From Glaucostegus cemiculus (Eukaryota): a DNA stretch of 64,000 nt. The DNA lies in the NCBI GenBank assembly GCA_976551045.1, contig CDPCPM010000107.1:5642001-5706000 (forward strand). The letters run 5' to 3'. The first letter of the stretch is position 1. Each line of letters starts with the position of its first letter. Position numbers and translations under genes: made by a program. Below the pieces are notes generated by a model. That model saw only the letters and a program-made list of their open reading frames with translations, was not told the origin of the DNA and ran no database searches. Below are positions 49,881 to 62,050 of this stretch, one piece after another.

Positions 49881-52524
49881 AAGCCAATGCCCTAAAGCAA
49901 GCCGAAGTATTCTGGAAACCTCTCATGACCACAAATTGTGCAGCATTTTCTACAACTCAAAATTATTTTAAAATGAACAGATCCTAAGAAAAGGTGAAAA
50001 GCAAGAATGGAAACTGATTCTGAAGAACTGTGTACAATTTACTAAACAAACCATTGCAAAGGTTAACTTGTTGGAAATAGCCAATTACTTTCTCTAATTA
50101 CATTTCAATACAGGGCTACATTTCAGATAATTAGATCTACCTTTTGCTTAAGTAGTCTCCAATACATCAAAGATCTACTCCAACAATATCACATCCGAGG
50201 CCATTAGTACCTGAATAGTACACCTAATTAACAAAAGATTTCAATTAGCCCATCAGAGCCATTGGTCAATTACCTATTTCACATCGAGCAACCTCCACAG
50301 CACTTGCCCTCTAATTCAGAGCAGCATGGCAGGTTACGTTATTGATTTTGACAAATCTCAACACATTACATCTAGAACAAATGAGCATTAGCCTCAGAAA
50401 ATATACATTGTTAGTTATGCTGCATACATATACGTGTGCATATGACAATAAACTCAAGGTTGACTTTGACTGTATGCAACATTGATAGTCACTACATTCA
50501 TTAATGCTTCAACTTATAGACATTTTGAGCTGCTTCTATACAATAAATGCAAATGAGATTACTGTTATACAACAAGTGCAGAATTCTAGCAACAGATTAT
50601 ATGCTTCCAGGTCTGTGGTACACTGCATACTGCAAAGCTTCATGCACAAGCATTAAGAAATTCTGGTCTAATAGCTAAGAGGGTACATCTTTAAACAATT
50701 TCCTCCTATTCAGTATTAGAAAAGTGAGAGTAAACACTGTGGTTAATCATTTTGTGCATAAATCTTACCTTACTCAAGGCTGTGGTTATAAACTGCACCA
50801 TAATATTGCACCTCATCTTCTCTAATTATCCTTAATAATATTTGACATTTAAAATTTGTTCAGCTTATTTATACCAATATTTAATTTCACATAGTGCACA
50901 TACTTTGAAAACTAAAAATAATCTTACATTCTCAGATGTTTAATTAAAAAATATGACACTAGCTGAGCATATTAAAAGGTTCTGATATATATATTTAAAA
51001 AATCGATGATGTTATTTGTCATGAAGATTCAAGGAGACAAGAAATAGGAGCAGTGGTAAGGCATTCAGCACCTTGTGCTGCATTGTGATTCAGCAAGTTC
51101 ATAGCCAATCTTTTATTTCAGAACCAACCCTATATCACACCATTCCATGAATGTTATCCCCACTTACTCCTCCTCCAGGCTGTTCAGGAATGTCTTTGCT
51201 ACTCTCTCTCAGCTAGCACCACCTCTTCTCGTATCATTTAGTTTCCCCTAGACTCTGCCGTATCACAGCTCTTTTCTCCTGTCACCTCCCCCCTTTCTCT
51301 GTACCCTAAAGCTGGCTTTACCTCCAGTATTTCCCCAGTTCTAATCAATGACCTGAAACACTGCATTTTCCACCCATCAACCATTGCCAGCATTTCACAT
51401 TTTATTTCCAATTCCTCAGCAGCATTTAGATTTTGAATGAGTCATGCCTGTCGTGTTCTTTTTGTAATTTCATGCGGCACATCCTGAAGAGCTGGATGTT
51501 TAATTATTTTGTTGCCTGAAGATGAAGGGAATGTGCAGTCACAAAGTCCTGATCGAATTTAATGACAGGGCCTTAATTAGTTAAAGTGCTTCCGATCCCC
51601 AGCCATCACCCTGCCAGATTGACAGCCAAGATGGCGGAAGGGAGGGTTGAGAAGAAACAGGAGGTCTCTGCTTAGTCCGTGTAGTTTCAAAACCAAGCAC
51701 CTCAGTCAGATTACGGGAGGGGAATGAGACATCAGGGATGGAATTAGAAGTGCTGTCAATGGGATGGCAAAGCATGTGAGGATTGAGTTGGAGGGTAATC
51801 ATAAGTGCATTGGGGGAAATGCCTGAGAACGTGGAGGGAGATGGTCCCATGCATGGCCTTGTACAAAATGCAACAACCCGCAGTGTCTCAACACTTGCAC
51901 GGAAATGTCAGTCAAATTGTTGCCCCAAAGTATAGGTGTAAAGTTTGAGCTCAATTTGCAGCAGCACAAAACCTTCCCCCTTCACATGCCAGTGAAACTT
52001 TGGCCATTGAACAACTATTTGATTTCTATCTCATAACTCACCATAAAGATGCAAAAACAATTTTAGATTAACCTTTTCTCAATCCATTCCTACCAGCCTT
52101 ATAGATCACAAGAGCTCACTGTGTATAAAAATAATTCTATTCATCTCACCTCTATACCAGTTGACAATTATCTTAAATCTCAAATTCCAGTATAGTTTTT
52201 CTTGTAACATAATGAGAAATGAGTCTCTGTGTTGCCTGAAAGGGCAGCTGAAGAAGTGGTGTTAGTTGTTAGAGCTGATTTTGTATAAATTGATTTTAAA
52301 AGTGCATGGAACTATTAACCTACAAATTTATCACTATTGTGGGTGGGGATCTGGAAACAGCCACATATGGGTGAACATTGCAATGTAAAGAAAAGATGTC
52401 GATATTAATATTTAAAACAAGCTTTGGCTTGGAAAAGGTCAGGGCTGCAAAAGCAGTGAGAAGCTGTCTCTGTTGTCTGAGAGCACATAATGCCAAGTAA
52501 ACAGGAAGTAAATGAGAAGTAAAG

Positions 52525-53690
52525 TCAGAGCAATACAACACAGATACAGGCCCATCAGCCCAACCAGTCCAAGCCAACCATATTGTCCACCCAGCTAGTC
52601 CCTATTTCCTGCGTTCAGCCCATATCCCTCTAAGCCCCATCCCTGCATTTGAAGTGCTTCTCAAATGATACCACTGTACCTGCCTCAACAACTTCCTCTG
52701 GCAGCTTATTCCATATTCTCAGCACCCTCTGCATGAAAAAGTTGCCACTCAGGTCCCTTTTAAATCTTACCCCCCTCACCCTAACTCTATGCCCCATATC
52801 CTTGGACTCCCCTACCCTAGGGAAAAGACAGTTACCATCCACCTTATCTCTGCCTCTCATAATTTTAAAACACCTCTGTAAGGTTGTCCCTCATTCTCCT
52901 ACATTCCAAGGAATAACGTCCTAGCCTGGCCAACCTCTCCCTATTACTCAGGCCCTCTAGTCCTGGCAACATCCTCGTAAATCTTTTCTGCACTCTTTCC
53001 ACTTTAACCACGTCTTTCCTAAGACAGGATGACCAAAACTACACACAGTACTCCAAGTGTGACCTCAATGATTTATACAACTGCAACATAATGTCCCAAC
53101 TCCTATACTCACTGTTCTGACTAATGAAGACTAGTGGACTAAATGCCTTTTTTACCATTCTGTCTACCCGTGGCACTGCTTTCAATGAACTATGCACTTG
53201 TAGGTGCCTCTGTTCCATTAGACTCCCTAGAGTATAGAGTATAAGTCCTACGCTGGTTTGAGTTTCCAAAATGCATCACCTCACATGTAACTGTATTGAA
53301 ATCCATTTGCCACTCCTCGGCTCACTTCTCTAACTGATCAAGGTCCCCTGTAGTCTACGATAACCTTCTCCACTATCAACAACACCTCCTATTTTCATGA
53401 TCAATCTATGTGTATTTGCATCCAAATCATTTATATAAATAATGAATAACAAAGGTCCCAACACTGACCCCTGCAGCACACCACTAGTCACCAGCCTCCG
53501 TTCCAAGAAACAACCTTCAACCAACACCCTCTGCTTCCTACCTCCAAGCTGATTTTGAATCCATTTAACTGGCTTTTGCTGGATTCCATTGGACCTAACC
53601 TTCCAGACCAGCCTACCGTGCGGGACCTTGAAGGCCTTGCTAAAGTCCAAATAAACAATATCCACAGCTCCACCCTCAAATACATCCATG
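52525..53690 (-). mobile_element. CR1 LINE, RT to 3' tail
   Basis: VDIVYLDFSKAFKVPHGRL, SGVLQGSVLGPLLFIIYINDLD, NFFMQRVLRIWNKLPEEVVEA. Confidence 0.93.
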
Positions 53691-53824
53691 AAAGATGTGG
53701 ATAAAGAAGAGCTTGAACTACCCAGATCAATTTCACAAGTCTACAGGCCCAACAAAGTGATTCTTTGTTAAAAAGAAACAAAAAGCTTTTTTTTTGTAAC
53801 AGGCTGCAAATGAAAGAAAGGACA

Positions 53825-53980
53825 TCGAACACAAAACAGTACAGCACAGGAAAAGACCCTTTGGCCCATGATGTCTGTACCGACCATGATTTCAATTTAA
53901 ACTAATCCCATCGGCCTGCAGATGATCTATATTCCTCCATCCTTGTTAGAACGTAGAACTGTACAGCACAGTACAGGAAG
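53825..53980 (-). mobile_element. CR1 3' tails
   Basis: CAGTACAGCACAGGAAAAGACCCTTTGGCCCATGATG; TAGAACGTAGAACTGTACAGCACAG. Confidence 0.7.
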
Positions 53981-56029
53981 GACATGTTTAAAAGGGTGTA
54001 ATTTTGCGGGGTAAATATAGAAAAGGAAGGTCTCTCTTAATCCGCCTAGATAAAAGGTGACATCCCAAAATGTCTACTGTCCATTTCCGTCCATAGATTC
54101 TGTCTGACCCGCCGAGTTCCTCCAGCATCTTGAGTGTTGCTCCGTCTTAATCAATGCTGGCAGACACACTGCAGTACACAATTGTTTCTTGAATGGCTAC
54201 CTGTTTGTCCTGCCTTCCTGATCAGTTCATTTCACGTGTCCATTGCTCCTTGGGTTCCTGATTTTAAGTTTGGTGGACAAAGTTTGCATGCCTACAATAA
54301 ATGCCATGAAACCCGAGCCAGTTTGAAGTCAGGGCCTAGTTTACATGTGGCCAGCAGGGTTTGCACCAGACCCACGCTTTGAGGCACTTTGGGGCGTACA
54401 GGAGATCACCTTAATTGTTCAGCAGAAGATGGAGGAGTGACCGATGCTCCTCTTGGTCCAGTAGAAATAATGAACACTTCCTTTCAGCTGGTTTTTGGAT
54501 GGCCTCCAATGGTACTTTTGAGAACATGTTAAACCATGCACTGTTGCATGGATGGGACATTGTGTAGAAGGTAGTCGTATAATTTATTTGTCTTGATTCA
54601 TTAAATATCATCATGATACAGTTATATGTTTATATCAATTCAACATGACAGCTCAAGATACACATCTGCATGAATGCCTATATGGTGAGTTGGGGGCAAA
54701 TTCCTAGATTAACAAAAATCAACCTGCTGCCACAACAATCTCAACCGTTGTCTAACCTTCCCCCCCACTCATCATGGGGTAGTGAGTGGGTTAATTTTAT
54801 GACATCAGATTTTTAAGCATGGCCTTGTTACAAAATACCAGTTCACAAGATCAGTTAAGTTTACAGCCACTGATCAGTCTGTGCCAGTTTTTATTTTCTG
54901 CATAATTTGTATACCAGATGTCTAGCTGAAATAATTCTGCTGTGTCTTATTTCAATTACTTGCATCAAATGGATAAACTATTTACATATTTATATCATTT
55001 AGTATTCAAAGGAGTTCTCATTTAAGAAACATTGGTAAACCAGCTGCTCTCAATTCCCCGTTGCTGCTTTTGCCCAAGAGTTTGAGATAAATGGTCTCTC
55101 ATCTTCCCTCCATTTGAATGAAAATCAATGGCTTCTGGTTAACGTCTGTGTGAAGTTTACATGACAAATCTATATTGAGGAAATTTGATGGGTTAACCTG
55201 CATCTTAGCAACTCAAGAACACTGGTACCCTTTTATCAATTTGCCTTTTAGTAATGTGGATAAAAAGCAACAGTGAAATCAACAATAATTAAATGGTATC
55301 TGTGCTGAGTGTTACAACTGTACAGCATCAAACCTTGATCTGACAAGTCCCACCTCACTTTTGCTGTTGGGTTTCTGGGCATCATGGGAAATCTGCACAG
55401 TAACTGTTAAAACTGAATTGTACTGAAACAGCCTCATGTTAATATGTTGAACAAGTGTCATGTTATTTTTGCTAAATGAAGGGTTGCTTTATCAATCTAG
55501 TAATATGATAGTGTTAGAAAAATCCCCAGCAGGAAGAACTGCCAAGATTCAGAAGCATGGAACCCACTTCTTTGTTTTATTTATCTACAACTACAGTAAA
55601 TGCAAGCATCATCTTTTCAAACCAATGGTACCAATGAAGGTTGACCTCAAACTTGTTAGGCATCGACAGAAATTTGAACATAAGCTCTTAACAGATGAAA
55701 AAGGAGAAATATAATCAAAAATTGTAGGATGATCTGAGAGCTTAGTTTTACATTATTTATTCAACTTGTATGTTTGACAATGCTGGCAACATTGCAATTG
55801 TACAAGCTTCCTCTGGATGACCTCAGAAGATGGTAGTAGACCTTTCTTGAATCATTGCTGTCTTTGTGGTGATGACATTCCGGTAATCGAAAGGGTCAAT
55901 ATTTTGAAAGGTTATCCACCATGCATCAAGTTTAATTTTTGACCCAATAATGCTTGGCACTTTCCACTAAAAAAATTATGGGAAGAAACTGAAAGAAAAC
56001 GTTGCAGCAAGTGCAATGGAAAGAAAAAC

Positions 56030-56150
56030 AAAAACACTGCAGGTGCTGAAAACTTAATGAGAGATCATCAGCCTGAAACTTTAACATGGTTTCTCTCACT
56101 GCAGATGCTGCCTGACCTGTTGAGTGTTTTCAGAAATTTCTGTTCCTATA
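56030..56150 (+). mobile_element. Penelope pseudo-LTR fragment
   Basis: CCTGAAACTTTAAC..CAGATGCTGCCTGACCTGTTGAGT. Confidence 0.6.
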
Positions 56151-56339
56151 GCAATGAAAAGAGAAAACAACAATGCAGCAAAAGAACCTACTGCAATGAA
56201 GTAGTCTGTTTCTAGTACATATAATGACTCTGAACAGAGGAAAGCATTGGTGAACTTTCAGTTTAACGCTTCTGTGCAGAGTTGTGCACTATGTATGAGC
56301 CTAGTGGAAACAATGGAGCATATTTCTCAAACTTACACA

Positions 56340-56650
56340 TAGAACCCATCTCATTCATGTTGGCTCTCAGAGCAATCACATCAATCTCATTCTCCCTTTT
56401 AGTTCCCCTTAAACTATTATCTCACACATTCCCATTAAGACACCTTTAATTCTCCCACCAGACAATTTACAGTAGCCAATTAACCTAACAGCCAGCAAGT
56501 CTTTTGACTGGGAAGGAAACTGGAACACCTGGGAGGAAACCCACGTGGTCATAAGGAGGACATGAAGACTCCACACAGACAGCACTGGCAGTCGGGATTG
56601 AACCTAAGTAGCTGGAGCTATGAGGCAGCAGCACTACCTGCACTGACACT
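56340..56650 (-). mobile_element. V-SINE
   Basis: GGAAACTGGAACACCTGGGAGGAAACCCACGTGGTCA..CTCCACACAGACAGCAC..GGATTGAACC. Confidence 0.8.
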
Positions 56651-57142
56651 ATGCTGTCCTTACTCAATATCAATGCACCAGCTATTGGAAAGAACCAGCC
56701 CAATGTTGGAAATGGGGCAAAGGCAAAAAGATGGATAGTGCCAGAACCTGGTGCAGGGCCCAATATTCTGAAGATAATTCTCTTCCAATCTCCAAGTGTG
56801 GACAAGTTGGCAGCCCATACTGAAACACTAACCATAGTATGCTTGTAAGAAGTACCATCAACTGAGAGATAGCACATGTATGGTGCGATTTTAAGTAATC
56901 CCAAATCCTCTGCAAATATAGGTAATCCCATTCCAGAAGGGTTATCAACCACTGGAAGCATTGCTGGCTGCTTTTGGAGCTGACAACAAAGGAATTTACC
57001 TATTCATTGGACCATTCCCACGCCTTCCTCCAGTCTACAGAGTGAAAAGGCACTGTGACTTTCCATGCTAACACTGTGCCCAACATGCAGGTCTTTTTGG
57101 TACACTAGAACAACAAGACCAAGTGCATTGATATCTAGTTAG

Positions 57143-57320
57143 AGCAGCACAATGGCACTCCAGCTGCCTCATTGTTCTAGTTACCCAGGTCCAGTCCTGA
57201 CCTCTAGCGCTATCTGTGTGGAATCTGCATATTCTTCTTGAGACCATATGGGTTTCCTTCAAGTGCTCCAGTTTCCTCCCACATCTCAAAGTCTATTAGG
57301 TTAATTAGCTACTCTAATTA
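57143..57320 (+). mobile_element. V-SINE
   Basis: TCTGTGTGGAATCTGCATATTCT..TGGGTTTCCTTCAAGTGCTCCAGTTTCCTCCCACATCTCAAAG. Confidence 0.78.
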
Positions 57321-58222
57321 ATTTGCATGTGAAAGAGAACAGGTTAAAAAGGGAAGTAATTTGCCTACATTGTGAATGGATTGCAAGTTGACCATGTCAA
57401 AACACTTGGGGTATGTCATTTATCATTAAAAAAAACTGGGCATAAATTGTGATTAGTTGTTCAATTTACTGTTTAGGGATAGGTGATGATCATCTAGTTC
57501 GTGGTCGAATATATTTAGATTCCCTTTACTAAAACAATGACTCATATAGGCAATCTGGATTCATTTATCCTCTAAGTTGTTTGAACAGGAAGTTACCAAA
57601 CACAAGCTTTCCTCACTGATGTTATAACTTTCTTTCCAACATACTTGTTTTCAATCAGAAGAAACAACAAGTTTAACACTTAAAAAGAATGAATGTCCCA
57701 CACCTTTGTCACATTTTTACAAAATAATCTTGTCTATCACCATTAAGTACAATTTATCACAATGCATTTGTTTTGTCTGGAAAGAGTTCCAAGAAATCAA
57801 AATGTTCCACTAAGTTCTTTCATTTCTTCTTACATAAGTGGATTAATGGAAAAAATAAGTCAGTGTATTCAGGGATCTATAGCAATAGCAGTGATAAAAT
57901 ACTTTCATTCCTTCTCTTCAATATAGTGACTCATGCATGATAAAACTATTATGGCAGTATTCAACTGCATCTGAATTGTAGCAAAGATGCATATGATATT
58001 TTTAATACAAGCATATCTTTTCACAATGCAAATCAAAGAGGATGCAAACAATAGTCAGTACAAGCCTATTTTATTAGTATTTTCAGGATTTCCTATATTA
58101 TGGCATCTGCTACATTGTGAAAGCATTCCATTGACTGCAATAATCTTTGGGAGCTCATAAGAGGTGTTATACAAGTCCAAAATCTTTCTTTAGTATAGCT
58201 ACTACACAATAACTGACTTATA

Positions 58223-58645
58223 GGTGGCACGGTATTGTAGCGGTTAGTGTAACGCTATTATAGCACCAGTGACCTGGGTTAAATTCCCACCACTATCTGT
58301 AAAGAGTTTGTACATAGAACATAGAAAAACTACAGCACAATTCAGGCCCTTCAGCCCACAAAGCTGTGCCGAACATGTCCCTACACTAGAAATTACTGGG
58401 CATTCCCATAGCCCTCTATTTTACTTAGCTTATTCTCCTCGTGTCTGCATGGCTTCCTCCGAGTGCTCTGGTTTCCTCCCACATCCCAAAGACATACAGG
58501 TTAGGAGCTGTGGGCATGCTATGTTGGCGCCAGAAGATTCACTTGCAGGCTGCCCCCAGCACGTTCTCAGCAACGCAAAAAGATGCATTTCACTGTGTGT
58601 TTTGATGTACATGTGACTAATAAATACATATCTAATATCTGAATA
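58223..58645 (+). mobile_element. V-SINE with Rex-like tail, split by an antisense CR1 tail (about 58314-58431)
   Basis: A box-like GTAGCGGTTAG and B box-like GGTTAAATTCC; V-domain resumes ATTCTCCTCGTGTCTGCATGG..GGTTTCCTCCCACATCCCAAAGAC. Confidence 0.85.
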
Positions 58646-59119
58646 TAGTGGTTGTGATGTACCTATTGAAAATGCATGATTGTCTTCATTAAACAATATT
58701 TTAGATACCTTGTCTGAGCTGCTCATCTGTCCAACTGATTATAATTCAGAATAGTTGCTGGTATAACTTCAATTTAAAATTTTGTGACTAATGAAGACCT
58801 AAACAAGTTTTTTTTTGCAGATTTTTTGTTCTCTTTTCATTTTCCTTCCATGATCATCTTTTACGCTCTGTCGCCCTTTTGATTCCAATTGAAAAATCAA
58901 AACTATAGATGCAGCAATCTGAAATAAAACCTTAATGTTGGAAACAATCAGCATATCCAGCAGCATCTATGGGAAAAGAAACAGAGTTAATGGTTCAGGT
59001 TTTCACAAATGTTTCCGGTCATGCTTCACGTTTCCAGCATTTTTTTCAGCTTTAAATCCCATGTTGATGCGAATATAAGCAGCTGCTGGAGCCATACAAA
59101 AGTGACTGGTGGCATCTAC

Positions 59120-60200
59120 AGTGGCTCAGTTGATAATATACTTGCCTTTCAGTCATGAAGCTGGTGAATTAATGTCCCAATCCTCATTCTAAAACAGAAA
59201 GAAAAACAGATTGAACTTGGAATTTAACTTGGACACAATGCAAAGTGTTGCATTTTGGCAAGTTAAACCAGAGCAGGACTTACACAATCATCGGCAGGGC
59301 TCTGGAGATTGTTGTAGAACAGAGAGTCATAGGGTTGCAAGTATATGGCTCTCTGAAAAGTGGCGACACAGGGCAGTGAAAGCATTTGGCATGCTTACCT
59401 TCATCAGTCAGGGCATTGAGTATAAGAGTTGGGACGTCACGTTACAACTGTACAACATGTTGGTGCGACCACACTTGGAGTATTGTGTGCATTTCTGGTC
59501 ACCTTGCTATAGGAACGATGGCTTTAAGCTGGAAAGGGTGTAGAAAAGTTTCACAAGGATGTTACTGCAACTTGAGCGCTTGAGTAAGGAAAGGCTAGAT
59601 GGGCTGTTATTTCTTCCCCCTTGAAGTGTAGAAAGTTGAGAGGCATAAATAAGGTAAATGGTCACAGTCTTTTTCCCCAGGACAGGGGGGTCTAAAACTA
59701 GAGGGCATAGATTTCAGGTGAGAGGAGAAAGATTTAAAGGGCATACAGAGACAACTGATTCCCCCATATAGAGGGTGGTGGTTATGTGGAATGAGCTGCC
59801 AGAGGAAGTGGAGGGGTTTAGAGGATATGGGGCAAATGCAAGCAATTGGGACTAGCTTAGGTAGACAACTTGGTTGGCATGGAGGAGCTGGGCCAACGGG
59901 TCTCTCTCCATGCTGCATGACTTTCTATGACTCTTCAGTGCTGCACTAAAGATTTGTTTGAACTGTTGGATGAGTCACTTTTTGGATGAACCATTGAACT
60001 GATTCCCAGTCTGCCCTCCTATACAGACTTAAAAAGAACAGGACTACTTAAAAAAGAGCAGAAGAGTTCATCTCAGTTTCTGGCCAATATTTATCTATTG
60101 ATCACAAAAACAGATTACAATTAATGAAGGGCTATACTTCAGATTTACTTCTTGTCTGCAGAGCAGTTTGTGACGTCCAAGGTTGTAAAAACGACCACAG
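59120..60200 (+). mobile_element. Deu-domain SINE split by a CR1 3' fragment (59212-59932)
   Basis: Head GTGGCTCAGTTGATAATATACTTGCCTTTCAGTCA; CR1 LVRPHLEYCVHFWSP; Deu core resumes TTTTTGGATGA..GAGCAGAAGAGTTC..CTGGCCAATATTTATC. Confidence 0.78.
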
Positions 60201-61479
60201 AAATGAAAGGATTTAGTTTATTCTTATTTGTTTATTCCTTTACTTCCTTGGTTGCTTTACTTTCCTGTGAATAGAAAATTATTCCTGCTTCCCAATGTGC
60301 CAAGATCAGAATCTCTCCCTAATAAGACTGCCTCCATGGTAAAGCAATCTATAATGTAGTATCCAAAATAAATGACATCCAGAAGGAAACAATTTGCATC
60401 GTGACTGATGAGTATTTTCGCAATGTGTAATTAAATAGGTTAACCATCACATGGTCCATTGCTGCTTAAAATCTAAGCAACATCTTAACATATTTCAAAC
60501 TTTGATTCACAAAGAAACATTTTAAATATGATTCTTCCTGGAAAATTACTTCAGCTGTGGTGAGGGACTCAACTGTTGCTTCCTTTCGCAATTAAGGGCT
60601 ATGAATCCGATCAAAAGAATGAGATGCAAATCTACTCTCTACAAGGATGCTGCCTGAAATAAATTTGGGTTGTCTAAACCCAGTGCAGTGGCAGACTGCA
60701 TTCACATAGTAGATTGGCTAGTCTGCAACTGAAGGGTAATGTATGCAAGCAGCAAGAAGGAGAACAAAATGGTCACCTCTGCTGGCACAGGTAGGACATA
60801 ATCAATGTGAATTTAAAACCCTCTCAGTTTATTAGCATACATCATAGCATTTGCTCATTAATTCTAAATCTAGATTATGTCAAGTCCATCAATAGATTGT
60901 CTGTAACATCTGCAAATCCTCAGGGCCTTTTTCTTCCTCCATGTGACCAGACTACAGATAGTTCTCAGACATGCTAAAACTGGAAATCTTAAAGCTAATG
61001 AAAAGTAAAAAAAAAACTGCAGATGCTGGAAATCTGAAAATACAGAAAACGTTCACTTGCTGTCTGACCTGCTGAGCTTTTCCAGCATTTATTCCTTTTA
61101 TCTTAAAGCCAATATTCTCTGTTCATGGTCGTTTGCACGTACACACATCCTGTGACAGTACACAAAAAGGAGGAAAAAAAATAACTAAAACAACACACTG
61201 CATACTCATGAATCACAATAAGTGACATTGAGATCCTACTGCTCATAAGGCAGTCAATACTCTTCAAATGCCCCGCCACACAATTTAAATAGTTTGGATC
61301 ATAAGCGAACAATTCAATTTTCACTCTTGTATCTTGGTTAGATCTTTTTTGTTAGAATTTCCTGCAATTTAATATGTTATATATGGTAATTCAGCTGTCC
61401 ACTAAGGATTGCTTTTATTAATTATATTATTTCATCTTCATGAGGGAATAAATGTCTTTCTAATCCATATACTCTTAAC

Positions 61480-61830
61480 TCACAATTGTCAGTGGTCTGC
61501 TCAAAAGGCAAGAAGACACAATGTCAACTGATACTCCAATGCAGTACTAAGGCAATACTTCATTTTTGGAGGTCCTATCTTTCAGATTGGTCAATAAACA
61601 ATGTATAAATCTGCTCTCTCAAGTAAATGTAAAGGGACACATTATAGTATTTCAAGAAGGAGCTCCAGAATTATCCGCCGGCATCCTGGGCAATATATAT
61701 GAATCAATCACTAGCACAGATTATTTGATAATTATCACATTGATGTTTGTGGGAGCTTGTTCTCTGCAAATTAGCTGCAATGATTCCTTTATTACAATAA
61801 TGATTACATTTCAAAACATTCTTCATTGTA
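61480..61830 (+). mobile_element. Deu-domain SINE
   Basis: CTGATACTCCAATGCAGTACTAAGG..TCTTTCAGAT..TATTTCAAGAAG..CATCCTGGGCAATAT..TGTTTGTGGGAGCTTG. Confidence 0.7.
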
Positions 61831-61859
61831 TATATTCATGTATTCCTTTTGTTTTGCCC

Positions 61860-62050
61860 TCCTCTCTCCCCCACCTTCTCTGAAACATGAAACTAACTTG
61901 TTTTCTGTCTTTCCCAGTTCTGATGAAGGGTCCCAGACCTGAAACGCAAACTGCTTCTCTTTCTACAGATGCAGCCTGACCTACTGAGGATCTCCAGCAA
62001 TTCTGTTTTTACTTCTGATTTTCTCGATCTGCAGCTCTGCTTGATTTTCC
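61860..62050 (+). mobile_element. Penelope pseudo-LTR fragment
   Basis: TTCCCAGTTCTGATGAAGGGTC..CCTGAAACG..CAGATGCAGCCTGACCTACTGAG..TCCAGCA. Confidence 0.78.
61915..61953 (+). ncRNA. Minimal type I hammerhead ribozyme-like motif (probably inactive variant)
   Basis: CAGTT-CTGATGA-AGG(GTCCCAGA)CCT-GAAA-CGCA-AACTG: stem I, CUGAUGA core, stem II and GAAA present; the cleavage triplet lacks the central U. Confidence 0.55.

Noticed and set aside
50768-50822. Minus-strand exon candidate (EDEVQYYGAVYNHSL) with tandem GTAAG donors
   Set aside because: No polypyrimidine tract before the AG, and joining it to frame B of the 56.8-kb candidate creates a stop.
56485-56961. 158-aa ORF as a single-exon gene
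   Set aside because: Its C-terminal third is translated V-SINE; only the 147-nt segment is kept as an exon candidate.
58223-58300. tRNA gene
   Set aside because: A and B box-like motifs belong to a V-SINE head; no complete cloverleaf.
9500-60640. About eleven octamer motifs (ATGCAAAT/ATTTGCAT) and scattered CACAGTG heptamers suggesting an Ig/TCR locus
   Set aside because: No V, J or C exon peptides and no heptamer paired with a nonamer at 12/23 spacing were found; TGCA-containing words are common in CpG-depleted genomes.
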